64,000 nt of DNA from Octopus sinensis (GCF_006345805.1 NC_043002.1:53630001-53694000); one strand, 5' to 3'; shown: positions 24,887-39,164, counted from the stretch's first letter. Translations and numbers: made by a program. Notes: generated from the letters alone by a model not told the origin.

Positions 24887-25759
24887 AAAAAAAGGGGGTA
24901 TATATAAAAGTAAAAACAGTAGACAGAATGACCTATAGGAGGTTAATATAAAGAAGAAGAGAAGATATTTATTCACACACGCGCGCGCACTGATATAGTG
25001 TTACGTTCTATATTTATATGAGTTTAAGTTTATATCAGTCCCTCCAGAAATCTCTTCAAAGATCAAATATATTATTATCGATCTTTATCTCAAATACAAA
25101 ACACTTATTCCCAAATGAGCAGAAGAGCATGTCAAGAAAGCAATGAATACTTTCTCTCAGTTGTTCAAAGTTAGTAGCCAGAAAATTTGATTGAAAAGCA
25201 TTGATAATTATAATTAGGTTGCCTTGAAAATCTTAAGTCTCTTAAATTAGAATATAATCTAATAAAATGGAGCATCATCAAACAAAGCTACTCTATACGT
25301 CAATGCCTACCGACACTTCACGCTATTCTAGAAAAGTTTGAGATATTTAAACGTCCTGCGATATGATTGAAGATAAAATATTGCATATGGCGGTGCCCCA
25401 GCATGGCCACAGCTCATGAGCTGAAACTAGAATCAATTAATATTATCCAGTTGCTTTCATTATTAGTTTTAGAAAATTCGTTTTGGTCATCTTTCATACG
25501 TTTGCATATTCAATGCTTACTCATTCAAACTCAAGGTAATGCTTCTCCTTACAACAGTGATTATGACATCTCAGATATTCCACATATTTGAGCACGTGAC
25601 AAGTTTTAACCAATGAGAATCAGTCTAGTTGACGCGATCGGACATACATCTTCAATCTTTCACTAAATACTGTCTGAATAATCGTGTCTGTACTACGTAT
25701 GTGAAACTGGCTAGCGAAGGAATACTTATCATATAAATATATGAACATGAATACACACA

Positions 25760-25839
25760 CACATACACGCACACATGCATACATACATACATACATACAT
25801 ACATACATACATGCATACATACATACATACATATATACA

Positions 25840-25873
<34 letters not shown>

Positions 25874-25975
25874 CATGCATGCATGCATGCATGCATACAT
25901 ACATACATACATACATACATACATACATACATACATACATACATACACATACATACATACATACATACATACATA
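25760..25975. repeat. (CATA)n microsatellite
   Basis: Direct reading. Confidence 0.95.
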
Positions 25976-27266
25976 ATCTATGTCAATTTTGTTTGCGCCT
26001 TCAATACAATATATCGAAGTTCTACTGTTTTGAATAACTTGTTTTGAGCAAATCATTAATTCGAAATCAAATTTTTGGAGTTAAGATAGAATGGAGAATT
26101 TTACTCTTATTTGATACTGATAATGAAATACTAGTCTTGAAGCATTGCACCAAAACTGAATGGCAATAGAGTGAATCATATTATCAATGGAAAGTATCTG
26201 TAAAAAATATTGGACTTCAGATCTTTACTACATGGCATGAACATGTTATTGGTGGTGGTTTAGGAAAGGAATAAATAGAAATGAAATGCCACTATAATAT
26301 CCAACAGTTACTGGTCGAGCAAGAACTGAACTTTTATTGCCATTCTCTATAACGAAAGAAAAGCAAAAGAAGGATTTTATAACGGATGATGTTATTTAGG
26401 ATAATTTCAATAGCGTATAGTTCCTGAAAATTCTAAATCGTTGTAGAATATTAGGCTAGAAGAAATTTACACGCCGTTTTCACTTTAGATAACTACATTG
26501 AAAGCGGGAGGAGATTTCTTTTATATTTTCTCGGACTGGGATAAGTGTACACGAATCTAATTATCTTACACTCATATCTGGCGGCTCGCTGCTATCAATG
26601 AGAAAACACCAAAACTGTTATTAGACGTATCTTCAAATTGACCATGCACGTAGCATTCTTATTAGTTATTTGTTCCAATATATTATATTTCAGCCTTTAG
26701 CTGAGTGATACATACGCGTCCTGATCAGCAGCTATGAAGCCATCAGTTTCTCTTTCTCTGTTGAGTGTTTTGGAGTCAGATCTATCGAAATCATTTTCTC
26801 GAAATTGTGTTTATTCAAGAAGAGACTGTGCAGAATCGACTACATTTAAAGACTTTAGATTGATATATTCAGCAGAGCGATAGACAAAATGTTTTCTGGT
26901 AATTACTTATGCCTATTCAGATTTCTTATCCAATAAGAAGTTCATCATTGTGCCTTAGCTATGCAACCTCGTTTTATATTAGAAACAATTGTCTAGCATT
27001 TGTTTTCTAGCTATGATGCAATATCAGCATCACTATGAATAGTATGTTTACATATTCATTGAAGAGAACATTAAAAATGTAACTGTCCGAAATAAACATC
27101 AAAGAGGATTTGCTTCTAGAAGCTACTTAAAGATATATCAAGCTCTTATAATGGCGACTAAAGCTATCGCAACTTTGGAAACACCTTCGTATCTTCAGCA
27201 AATGTTTCAACCCTTATTGTTGTTAAAAGATAATACTAGTCAATGACGAGCATTATTCAGAGTGAC

Positions 27267-27311
27267 GCCTCTGAACATGTTTCATATTATTATGACCTCA
27301 TCAGCAAAAGC
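27267..27311 (-). ncRNA. Decayed type I hammerhead motif (helix II truncated)
   Basis: GCUUUUG-CUGAUGA-GGUCAUAAUAAUAU-GAAA-CAUG-UU-CAGAGGC. Helix I 7 bp (2 G-U), palindromic helix III. Confidence 0.6.
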
Positions 27312-30300
27312 ATACATCTTACCATTCTTACCTAAGTAGTGATGGAAAAATCACTAAAGAAATGTAAAAGACTGCAAGTTGATTGGTGTTAGCAATATAA
27401 AATTCTATATAGACATTAACTGCATGAAATGTTATACTTAAGCGAATGTTAAGATATTTAATGCACCAAACACTCTCGTTTTCAAACCATAGCAAGAAGT
27501 GTGAATTAAAATATTTCATCCTGCTCTCTGCATTTTCTACGGTGTTGCTATTGCCGTGAACTTAAATAGAGATGTATAACTCATGTCCAGTATACAGTTT
27601 AAGAAACTCTGGTAAACTAACGTAATGAATAATGATAGAATATCAAGTGCGATTTTTCTTTTTGGCACTATCATTTTGTTTATTTTAAAAATGGCGTCTA
27701 GGGAAATCAAGTATCAAGAAAGCAATATATTATTACAAATACATTGCAGCAGACGGGGATAACAGCAAACACTTTTACCACTATGGAAATCAGCAAATCT
27801 GCCAGTAAGAATCAACACTACAACACATCACTTCTGGGGATCGATTGCAAAATACCGACAGTATTTATTGCTGTTATTGTCATTGTTGTTGCAGATGATA
27901 TGTTAGTTATTGCAGCTGATACGATTATTGCTGTTCCCACTGTTGATGATGATGTTATTACTTATTCTTTCGTTATGATTAGTTGCAAATGCTATTGTTG
28001 TTTAGCCTCAGGTCAGCTCTGACCAAACAAATTCATGATCAAAGCCTTTCAGCTTTCAGCGTTACATTATATTTTCAAATAATGCACCCAGTATTGCATT
28101 ATCCAAAATTTCATTCTTCCTTTCTTTTTAAAAATATTATTACGTGCTTTGAAGAAAAAATTTGCTATTTACAATAGTTACACATTATGCGACCTCATAG
28201 TCAACTCTTCGTTCACTCCTTATATTTTTTGGACATCGGCTGATGATGCCTCCCTTCTGTTAATGCTGCTATTGTTGTTGTTGCTCTTGGTATAGGTTTC
28301 TTTGCAATTGTTGAAGTCGTAGTTTTTCTCTTATTATTTTTATTACTAGCATTATAATTCGTGTTACTACTGAAGTTGTTTAATCTTAGTTTTCGTTTAT
28401 GTTAGGGGTATTTGTTAATCTTATTGTTTGGTGATATCTTTTTATTTATGTTTTTATCCATTCATTTATCGTATTCTTCTTTTTTATTGATTATTGTTAG
28501 CTAGTTATTGTTGTTCCTCTCATTTATTTTTGCTACAAGCCATATTCTTTGCGTTTGTTACTGCAGCTGTTGTTGGTTTGGTTTTACTTTAAGTTTGTAC
28601 GTCTATTATATTTGTTGTCACTGATACAATTTCATTTACGATACATCATATAGTTGCTAATTTCGTTTTTCTTGCCCACGTCTAAATTGGAAAATCAAAT
28701 ATTATTAAAGCAACCAAGATGCATTACTTCTCACTTCGTAGTAAATAAATCCTGTCAGCCTTTGCCCTATATGTCTAGCTGTTATTTTTGTTATTATATA
28801 GACCAATGTTATATTGATTATTATTACAGTATTTAAATGAAGGGCACCGATTGACAGAATCACCAGAGCGACGGAAATATGCACATTGAGTTGTGAGTTT
28901 ATACACAGCTTTGGCCAATTTTACTTTTCATCACCTCAAGGTTGATGAAATAAAGTATCACTTTTATACTGATAGGGCAATGGAATCGACCAACTCTCTT
29001 CTCCTCAACATTGCATGTGCCTAATTCAGACACCATTATTCAGGCTCTTTATGTTCTGAATATATATCCAGCCTGTGTCAACTTTAGCATTCATTCTTTT
29101 GGAGTTGATAAAATAAAATATCAGTGAAATATTGAAGTGAATGGTACAGATTAACATCCTCTCTTCGAAAGTACTAGCCTTAAGCCGATATCAGAAACCA
29201 TTACCATATTGAAAATATGGTAATGGTTTTCTTCTACCATTTCTAAAATATAGTTCTAACTGTAGTTTTTATTGTAGATATTCTTGTTACTTTGCAGGAT
29301 GGGACTTGATAGATCAGCATATTGGGAAATGTTTTGGGGGACGTAATAGGCGGAGAATTGACAGAATCATAAGAGCGTTGGGTAAATGCTTTGCATTATT
29401 CCAAATCTTTGCGTTCTGAGTTCCTGTTCTATCGCGTTCAAATTAGGAATCCATATTTTCGGGTGCAATAAATAAGGAACCATACAAATTCTACATCGAT
29501 TCTTTTCTCAATAGTTAAAGTGGTACAGAGTTACTGAGCGAGGCTTTCTCATTCGTGATGACCTGAATCTAAACATCAAACAAGCACGAATATTCATTCC
29601 TGTATTTCCTGCCACCTTCGTCCAAGCGCACTTGATTTACTTGTCTCTCTACTCGTCCTCTTGATGTTTTTACCACTTCTAACGCTCTACACTTCTAATC
29701 TCTTTTTAGCCAATATTGTCTTCCTTTTTCATATTTCACCTGCAGTTGTTCTCATGACTATCAACCATATCGGTACCCACTACTGTCAGTGGACCAAGGA
29801 GACAAGCCCTTCTCTCAGAATGGTTCATTATAGAGAACATATCCTCATCATATTGCGACTGCTGTGAAGTCACAAATTTCCCGCTTTTCTGTACTGTAAA
29901 TCTGCAATTAATCCAGATTTACAGTACAGAAATCATGTCATTCTATGGTTTTAGAAAGGGGAACATAACGATTACCCAGTATTACAATGTCTTGTTGATA
30001 TTATCGTTACTTGTTCTAAGGTGGGACGGCCGCGATCATATTCGGAGCTAGCTTGAATGCATGCATCATAGTGGTTCCGCTCATGTTACTTAATGACCAA
30101 GGTGTCAAACCGGTCAATGGATTAAATCAACTGTCCTATAGGTTTCTGCGTTCAGTTTTTGCAATTGGCTTTGAATTTCAGTCGCAGGGTTTGGTTGCAT
30201 GCAGGTTGTGCGAGATGAAACTTACTAAAGGAATCGGGTATTCGGAGCGAACCCGAAATCGCGTGGTTTTAGACCGGAATTATTTATCGGTCATCCATAT

Positions 30301-30973
30301 ATAGGTGAAGGAAATGTAAATCTTGTAAGTGCTTCAACTGTATATTAACCAAAAGTCAGCTTTTATCTGAGATTGATATTGTTGTTATTCATGCATGATA
30401 AATATGTTTTTAAGTTCTAACCGTTTACTCACGCAACTATATGTATTCATATACATGAAAAGATATTTTATAAGACATATATTTGTCATATGAATGAAGC
30501 TTAAATTATAGATCGGCTAATGCTAAATATAATATTTCACAGAAATATTTACTCTATATAGAACATTAATAGCAGAATGAAACGCATTTTATCAATAAAT
30601 TATAGTCCTTTTGACATGACCCCTAACTTTATATTACTGAAAGTAATTTTAATGATCACGTAGAGATGAAAGGAGTCAATATATGATGATGAAGCTAAAT
30701 CCTGGGAGGCATTTATGTAAGGATCTTCACTGTTTCTTCTATACCATATCGATCCTCCCCTACATATAACACCAAAATATTTCCTTCTCAGTACCGCATC
30801 CCTTTTACTAAGGAACTTAAATGAATAACTGTTCAAGCAACGAATTCATTACACTGTAGCTTCACATGTTAACACCATCTGCCTTCCATATTTAAATTAC
30901 TTCTTTCGTCAAGATATTGAACAACGCAGCTATGTGCATATAGCTATCTATCTATATAAATGCACACACACAA

Positions 30974-31006
<33 letters not shown>

Positions 31007-31759
31007 GCAGTATCAGTGCCAGTTACAGTGGAGAAAAAAACTCTCTTATGTTAAAAGGTGTAAAGATACCACACCTCCCCAGTATTGTCCTCTATTGGAT
31101 TCCCAGACGCAGCTTTTCTGGCACTTTAGCCTTCCTCAATAGGAACTACTTTAGGACTAGTTTTATTTTATTACACTTTATTCATCCTGGTGCACCTATA
31201 GAAAGAGATAACCCACAAATTATTTATTTCTCTAGTTCATTTGCTAACTCACTCTTTTGCCTATCGACTTCAAACTTCGCTCTGCAAAATTGCATGGCTC
31301 TGATATATTGAGGCTTCTGGCCTCATCTCGAGGCTCTGTTCTTTCTTCTTACCTCTTCCCTTCTTTTATTTTATGTATTTGTATTCACTCTGATGAAGTT
31401 CCGTGTACTAGATCGAATGTACTATAAAGATGACGAATATTATTTTCGGAATTTTATTTGTAAGTACCGACTGATATTGGCAGCTGAAACGGCCGTAAGA
31501 ATGTTGTCTTATGTTTTGTATTAAGAAATATTAAATATTCCTGAGTCATCTAATATTTCAAGACTAACCAGAAATTTGACTAAACAATACAATAGCAACC
31601 GGTCTTTTAATGATGAAAATATTTACGAGAATCTGAAAGCTAAGCAGTCCCAAAATGCATTGCAGCTTAAAATAGAATTCCATTTGGAATACATCAAGTT
31701 TTCTGATGAATAGGATCATCCATCTATCCATCTCGTCTCCCCACCCTCTACTTCTAGAA

Positions 31760-32400
31760 AGGTCGTGGAGGTAGAGTCCTCAGACAACTTCTTCGTAGTC
31801 TCCAATGAATAGCAATCGTCATTCGACTTTCCGGCTGGATTTCCAATTGTGACCAACAAAGTCAGCGAATATTATTCAATCATCTCGTTACCCTTCTGTC
31901 TCCTGTCAGTTGGCTTGGCTTGAAGAATCTATCTTTTGAGTCTCTCCCAAGAATTTCTAATCATATGTCCGATGTAACGGAGGTATGATCTTTCAATGTG
32001 GAGAAGTAGCGGCTTGACCTGGAGGAAATCCCTGATCTCTGAGTTATGAAACCTCTCAAGTAATGCTAAAGTAATTTTCTACTGCCTGTGTTCGTAATCC
32101 TTCTCTTTTGGTCATTACTTTATATTCATAACCATATGTAAGGTTAGGCACGGGAACCGAATTTACACAGGCAAGTTTGGTGTCTTCACCAATATTTCCT
32201 CTTCTAAGAGTCGAATACTGGAGCTGGCAGTTTATTGTGCTAGTACCAGCAGTTTTAGCATCTGATTCAGCTTCCAATCAATCGTGAATACACTGCTGAG
32301 ATAAGTGCTCAACTTGCCTCAGTGATGTTCCACTAACATGCAGACTACACTGAGAAGATTTTCTTGAGAAAGCTAGTGTATCAGTCTTTGCAACCCTAAT
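31760..32400 (-). mobile_element. RTE-like LINE 3' fragment
   Basis: TKLACVNSVPVPNLTYGYE..VMTKR...QAVE; VKPLLLHIERSYLRYIGHMIR..ILQAKPTDRRQKG (post-RT region of RTE). Confidence 0.75.
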
Positions 32401-32915
32401 TTTCAGTCTTGCTTTGAAGTGGAAAAATGAAGCAAAACCTTTATACACATCATTAGATCAACTCATGTGTTTTTTCTCTGTTTATATTGATAAACATATT
32501 CTTATTTTTGCAATAAAACTGATATTGTCATATGAAAATTCTTTTAGATGAAACTCACACAAAAATGATGAACATCGTAATTTCACACTATAATACAATA
32601 GTTTTGAATTTTCACGATGAAAGATTTTACAAATAATTTATTTAAAATTGTACGGTATCGCAAATAGAGAGATGATATTTTGGGATTATTTAAAGTAGAT
32701 GATGACGCTTTGCCATTTTGATTAAGATCGGAACTTTAAATTCATCAAGAAGGCACTATGAAAAATAGAAGCAATATAATTCAATATATAGGTAAAAATA
32801 ATATATAAAATTGAGTACAACCTGTGTGCAGGTACGTACATCACACGGAACATGCGCACGCACACTCACACACACGCACACACACACTCACACACACGCA
32901 CACACACACTCACAC

Positions 32916-32953
<38 letters not shown>

Positions 32954-33747
32954 GACATACAGTGAGAAGAGAGTAAGATGTCGACTAAACATTCGAACAT
33001 GTGTTTGGTTGTCATCCTTAATTGAAATTCATATATTTATTACTTACTTCAGATTCAATATTTACGAATTATTTTCTCTAATCGACACAAGCTCAACTTT
33101 TAAATTGTCCCTCTCATCTTTCACAAATACAAAAATTAATAGCTTACAGCTGTTAATATTATCTACGTGTTCGGACAGAACTAAATTCTTCTGCTCTGAT
33201 TTACATAAAACTGAAAGCTTAATAATAAATCATTCATGTTGGCAACATTTACACTATTATACCAGTTAGACTAGCCCAATTCAGTTTTTCACTTAGTTGT
33301 GTATACTATAAATAGCTTTGAGCCATAATCTCTGGACTGAGGAAAATAAGTAAGCAGTCTCTGGTGAAGAGGTGAAAAAATCGAAACTACTTAAGAGAAT
33401 TGGGTTTTTTTCATTTTTTCTGGACATAGAGAGAAAACAACAGTTTATAACTTTCAGACAAGGATTAATATATATTTTATATAGAATGATTAATCTTTTT
33501 AAGTTTATCTTACGTCTCTCTCTATCTTAACGCCATGTGGTGACTCAATTATTCACTAATGTTTGCACTGCTTTAGAATTCTGAGTAAATCAATTTAGTA
33601 CTATCCGAGTTTATGCCTACTATGGCTAGATGTAGCCTACTATTCTCTAAGCAAGTAGGTAAACGAGAATCCGAATTCTGCCAGTGAAAGGATAAAAAAT
33701 CGCCACTGAAATTAGTCAAGTAAAACAGTTGACTGACCACTGAGATA

Positions 33748-35004
33748 CGAGGGGCGTTCAATAAGTAATGCCCCTGACCCACTTCCCATAGCAGTAGAGC
33801 AACGACACTTGGCACTTTTTCTGCATAGGAACAACCCAGAGGTACGCATTTCTCCCATCGTTTGATGCAGTTCTGGAGACCGTTTTCGTAGAAGGCCCCA
33901 GCTTGGTCCTCCAACCACGACGTGGCTTCAAAAATCAAGGCTGCATCATCTGGGAAACGCTTTCCTTTCAAAAACAACTTCATGGCTGGGAAGAGGTGAA
34001 AATCAGAGGGTGCAAGGTCAGGAGAGTAGGGGGATGGGGGAAGAGTTCATAGCCGCACGCCTGTGCTTCTGATCTGGCGACACGCGAGTTGTGGACCGGA
34101 GCGTTGTCCTGCAGGAGGAGGATGCCTTTGCTGATCTTGCCCCGCCTCTTGGTTTCGATAGCTTCTCTTAATTTCCTCAAAAGTGAAACATGATAGGCTC
34201 CTGTAATTGTGGTACCCTTTGGCAGGAAATCTGTCATCACTACTCCGTCCTGGTCCCAGAAGACTGTGAGCATGACCTTGCTAGCGGAGGGCTGCACCCT
34301 TGCCTTCTTTGGAGGAGGTGAGTCATGGTGCTTCCACTGCATTGACTGGGCTTTGGTCTCTGGATCATAGTGATGGACCCAGGTCTCATCCTGTGTAATC
34401 AGTCCTTTGAAAAATTTTGACTCATCTTCTTGGCACATCCCTAAATTCTTGCTTCTGGAATTCTTGCGTTCTTGCTTCTGGAAAAGTGTGAGCAACCTGG
34501 AAATCCATCTGGCAGACACCTTTTGCATATGCAAATGGTCATGAATGATAGTTTCCACAGACTCGGTACTAATCTTGACCTCATGGGCTATTTGGCGAAT
34601 AGTTATGCGTCGATTTTCCAAAATGGCAGCCTCAACTTGACGGACAGATGCCTCATCAATGGCAGAAGGGGTGCGACCAGATCTGGGAGCTGTTTCCACA
34701 GAGTTCCGACCATGTTTGAATTCACGATGCCAGTATTTTACAAGGTCATATGATGGGGCATCATCACCATAAGTTACTTTCATTTCATTAAAAGTCTCCT
34801 GTAGTGTGCGTCATTTCAAATACAAAAACCGGATCACTGCTCGACACTCAACATGCTCCATTTCCCACTTGACTCATTACAATTAGTTCGGAGCTGTAAT
34901 TTGCCACTTAATCTATAGAGATATCAATAATTGCACATGCAAAATTTCAGCTAGATCAAACAAAGGCAAGTGGGTTAGAGGCATTACTTATTGAACACCG
35001 CTCG
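33748..35004 (-). mobile_element. Full-length mariner (DD34D), little decayed
   Basis: TIRs CGAGGGGCGTTCAATAAGTAATGCC / GGCATTACTTATTGAACACCGCTCG; TA target duplications at 33746-47 and 35005-06. Confidence 0.97.
33790..34861 (-). pseudogene. Mariner transposase pseudogene
   Basis: ATG at 34861, TGA at 34813-34811, then the 267-aa ORF (SARW, ITQDETW, QDNAP). A 1-bp deletion in the C-run near 34030 splits HPPYSPDLAPSDF; the repaired spacing is D-34-D. Confidence 0.93.
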
Positions 35005-35049
35005 TAAAAGCTTGTGCTTTTCATACAATATCTATATTTCACAACGAAA

Positions 35050-35745
35050 CTAAAAATGTGTGCCAAAAGCTGCAACCATACTGGGACATTACCAATATCA
35101 CCACCTATTCAGTAACCATTCTAATGCTGTTGGGGTTTGATGAATGAGATAGTTTGATATTGGTGCCTTGATATTGAGTTTATTCATCTGGGACCTAGTG
35201 CAGGAGGTTTTGAAAACATCGATATCAGTAGTCCTATTTAACAAGTGTGATCCCTTGAATTCCAAACTATTATTATACCTGGTCCTTAGTGCGGACGAGG
35301 TGGTCGGGACTTTTGGCACTGTGTATTGGCGTCCTTTTCTGGAGTTGGTATAACACTTGATGCCAAAGTTTGGTGTCAGCAGCTTTGCTAGAGTCTTCCT
35401 TCTGTACCGCTTCCATATGTGAATATTTCCTGTCTTGTTTACAGAGAGCAGTGTCCTCCATTAGCTCAATTCTATCATAGATGCAATCACTTTGGTGTAG
35501 TACTGCCGAATTACTTCAATTTTGCTTATAATTTGATACTGTGTGATGAACGAAGTTGAGAGCAAATGGCTGATGACAATCGTCCTCCATAGGATCAGCG
35601 CAGCTTCCTGATCCTTGTTTCTGAAACTTCCGGCCATCCGCCTGCACATTGACACCATATTGGTGATTTGTACATGCAATAAAGAATCGTTGTTCAAATC
35701 AGTTCTCAGATTCCGCACTGATCTAGAGTTACCGTTCTTTCTGAT
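35050..35745 (-). mobile_element. CR1/L2-like LINE 3' fragment
   Basis: SFRNKDQEAALILWRTIVISHL, IEVIRQYYTKVIASMIELS, NSLEFKGSHL, IDVFK: typical CR1-group post-RT tail. Confidence 0.75.
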
Positions 35746-35844
35746 CCTATATGTGTTGGGTGTATTTAGCTGATAGTGGATGGCTTGGAATTTTCAGGCG
35801 TAAAATATTTACATATTCTCCTTCCTTGCACATACACACATGCA

Positions 35845-35907
<63 letters not shown>

Positions 35908-36829
35908 GCATATATGTCAGTGTGGGTGTGGTATAAAATGTGATAAATTATATTCATAAATAAAGGCTTTTCCGAGATCCTATTTTGATTATTTTTGCGA
36001 CTCAGCTGTTCCCAATAGTTAAAGGCATGACCATCACAGCCTCACGTTAAACTCTGAAATTTAATTCGTAGGTACCTCGGATCGCGAACGACAAAAAAAT
36101 ATATTTTTGCTTGTTCCATATTAAGACCAAATCTAACAGGAAACCACTTTGAATGTCTTTTCTCTGCTTTAATTTCGATAAAAATGTCAGCTCCTGTTAT
36201 TTATGACATATAAGAGCTTTGATGAAAAACTTTCTAGTCGTAACCAACATACATTTCTACAGCTGTGCTTTCGTCACTACTCAATGCATCATCGCTTTCT
36301 TCAATATAATAAGGTCAATTTTGATATAGAAATATAGTAGATATTGGGAGGTTTGACTCCTCATCTCTATGGATTAAAATAATCTTAGATTCTCTCTATT
36401 GGTTCGTCGAAGTATGAGTAGTGTATGCTGACTTTCTTACGAATTGGTGGCCAACACTCAATTGAAGAAAATAGTGTTTACGCACATATATATATATATA
36501 TATAACTAATATATATATATAACTAATAAGACACAAATAGAATCGTTACTTTTTAAAAATTTAACTGTAAAATTAAACTGTTTATTATCAATTGTAAAAC
36601 ATTAGAATTGTGTTATAAATATGAAGCATTGTGTCTATGTGCCAGTATATACATTGCCTATGCTAATAATCAAAAAATTCATTCTTACATGTATATGTTT
36701 GAAATTGAAGAAGTTAGTGGTGAAATCAGGAGCTTATTTGAATATTGCCTCGAACGTTATTTATCTTATGTACAAATATTATAAATCGAAATAGGGAAAT
36801 TTATTCATTTTCTTGCTATTGCCTGTTAG

Positions 36830-37760
36830 AAACAGTGCAGGAGAATTCTAACTCTTCCGTCGAATTTCTAGACATTTCTGGCAGTATACACCACTCCGCT
36901 CTCACTACCTCCATCCACTACAATAACACCGACACACAATCTTACATTAACTTCTCCTCCTCCACCCAGCATACCCACACCAAGCTCTCCATTCTCTACT
37001 CCCCATTCCTGTATCTACAGAGGCTCTTCAATGACGACCATGATTTTGAGACTCAGTCTCAACTCATGTCTTGCCACTTCATCCTTCGTAGATATCCTCT
37101 TACAACTATCCACACTGCCCTTGCCAGGGAACGTTCGATGGACCGTGCCTGTGCTCTTTCTCCCCGCACCCGTACCACCGATGCCCGTCTCATGTTTTCC
37201 CTCGCCTAACACCCCTTTCCCTGCCTCTCCAACGCACCATTCTCCGAGCCTTCCGGCGTCTACAGTCCGACCCATTAACCTAGCACATCTTCCCCAATCT
37301 ACCTCTTCCCTCCTTCAAACGAGCCCATAAACTACGTGACGTCCTGGTTCATATTTCTTCCCATTTCTTCCCTAATCCTACTCCCAACCTGGCTTGTTCC
37401 CTTGCCCCCTCTCACGCTGCCGTACAGGCTCCTATCTCTCCTACACCTCCATCCTCACAGACACCTATTATCGTTCCTATCACATCACCGACTCCTTTAC
37501 CTGCACTTCTAGTAACGTCATCTGATGCTCCTTCTGCCCTTCCATGTACATCGGTCAAGCGGGACGCCGCTTGGCTGACCGGTTCGCGGGGCACCTCCGA
37601 GATATCAGACTCTACCGCTCATTTACTGTAACATATGTCTTTGCACAAGGGCCATCTGGACTCCTGCCTTCGCTGTGAACGGAAATTGATCTTTTCCCTT
37701 TGCTTTTTCACCACACGGGCTCAACTCATTTCTTCTCTGCATCTGACACCTACTTCCTCT
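36830..37760 (+). mobile_element. Penelope-like element: RT thumb plus GIY-YIG endonuclease remnant
   Basis: VEFLDIS..LTTSIHYNNTDTQSYINFSS..HTKLSILYSPFLYLQRLFNDD..RRYP; LQSDP..HIFP..PSFKRAHKLRDVLVH; HITDSFTCTSSNVI*; MYIGQAGRRLADRFAGHLRDI; CERKLIF..PHGLN. Confidence 0.9.
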
Positions 37761-39164
37761 CATAACTGCTACTTGTGAACGCGTTCACAAGTAATCAAAT
37801 TTCGAGTGAACTTTTGTCATTTTCCCCTCTATGCCTACGTGAATTGTTTTTGAGTATACATTGTCTGGGAGAGTATTCTTATAGTAGAAGAAATAGCTAA
37901 ACTCTTTGGCTGCTCTTTTTAAAAGTTCGGTATGTGGTAAAGCAAATTTTTTTGCTGAACCATAATTACATATATATATATTTATATATATATATATAAA
38001 CACACACACACATTCATATGTATATATACATACAGAGAGATAGAGAGAGAAAGAGATGCTATACATTAAAGAGTAAATTGTCAATATCTACGCATACTAC
38101 GAATCAAGTATATAGCCTACTCTGTGCTGTAGCCATTGAGCTTCTACGGTTTAATGCTGAATAGTTTTCGGGAAATGTCGTCGTTCTTTAGATGGTAGAA
38201 AGTCCTAATGTTGCCCCTTCACAGAAAGCATATACAAATCGTTGTGTAGTCCTGGGTTAGGTTAGATCCAGTGAGTCTAGTGTAGAAAGGCTTTTGGTCG
38301 AACGACTACGTACACAAAATATATACATTGTTCAATTGTTCCACATAACATAATACTGCATGTCAACGACGGAGTGCTTTAAAGAGCTTGTGAATGCCAT
38401 GTAGTTAGAAGTTGAGATGAATAGGGAAGAAAATGGATTCATGTCACTATCTATTCAGTAATTTGCAAATACTAGATGTGTTACTTTTGTCGACAACCTA
38501 TGTCTGTCAGCCAGATAGAAAGATTGATAGACAAACTAAGATAGCGATAGTGTGAGTGAACAACTCTCCTGAGAAATGCTCTGAGAATTAAGCAAAGAAG
38601 ACTGCACAACGTTGTATGAATAACTTTGAAACCAATGAATAAGAATTATGTCAAAAACGCCTTAGCGTTGTAATTCTACAATGGACATTGCCAACCGTAA
38701 AAGATTTAAACAAGCGAGGGAATGGGAATAGCGAAATATGCAGCCAACAAAACATCTGCCTCACACACTTGAACAATTGTAGATTACCTGATTCCTGTGC
38801 AACAGCTATTAGCTTGTATTTTAAAAATAATCCGCTGGCAGCGATTTATTTTCTTTTTGTGATGTTATTCATTTCGAACTTTACTGCGCATTGGATGCAA
38901 TGAAACAGAAAAACCTATTCTACAGGAGGCTGAAGTAGCTTTTACTCGCATGGAAATAGTTTTCAAATGCTTTTGCCCTTGTAGCTAATAAAGTTATAAT
39001 AAAAGCAATAATAATAATAATAATCATAATAAAACTGTCTTGTTTTGGAGCAAGGTCAGCGATTTGGAGGGGTTTCGCAACTCCATTGCATCGACCTCAA
39101 TGCTCACCGTCTTTTTTTATCAACTCCAGAGGATGAAATCGATGTCGTCTTCGGTGGAATTTAA

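Noticed and set aside
29560-29760. Possible Gypsy integrase tail (VKTSRGRVERQVNQVR, minus)
   Set aside because: Too short and degenerate to support a call.
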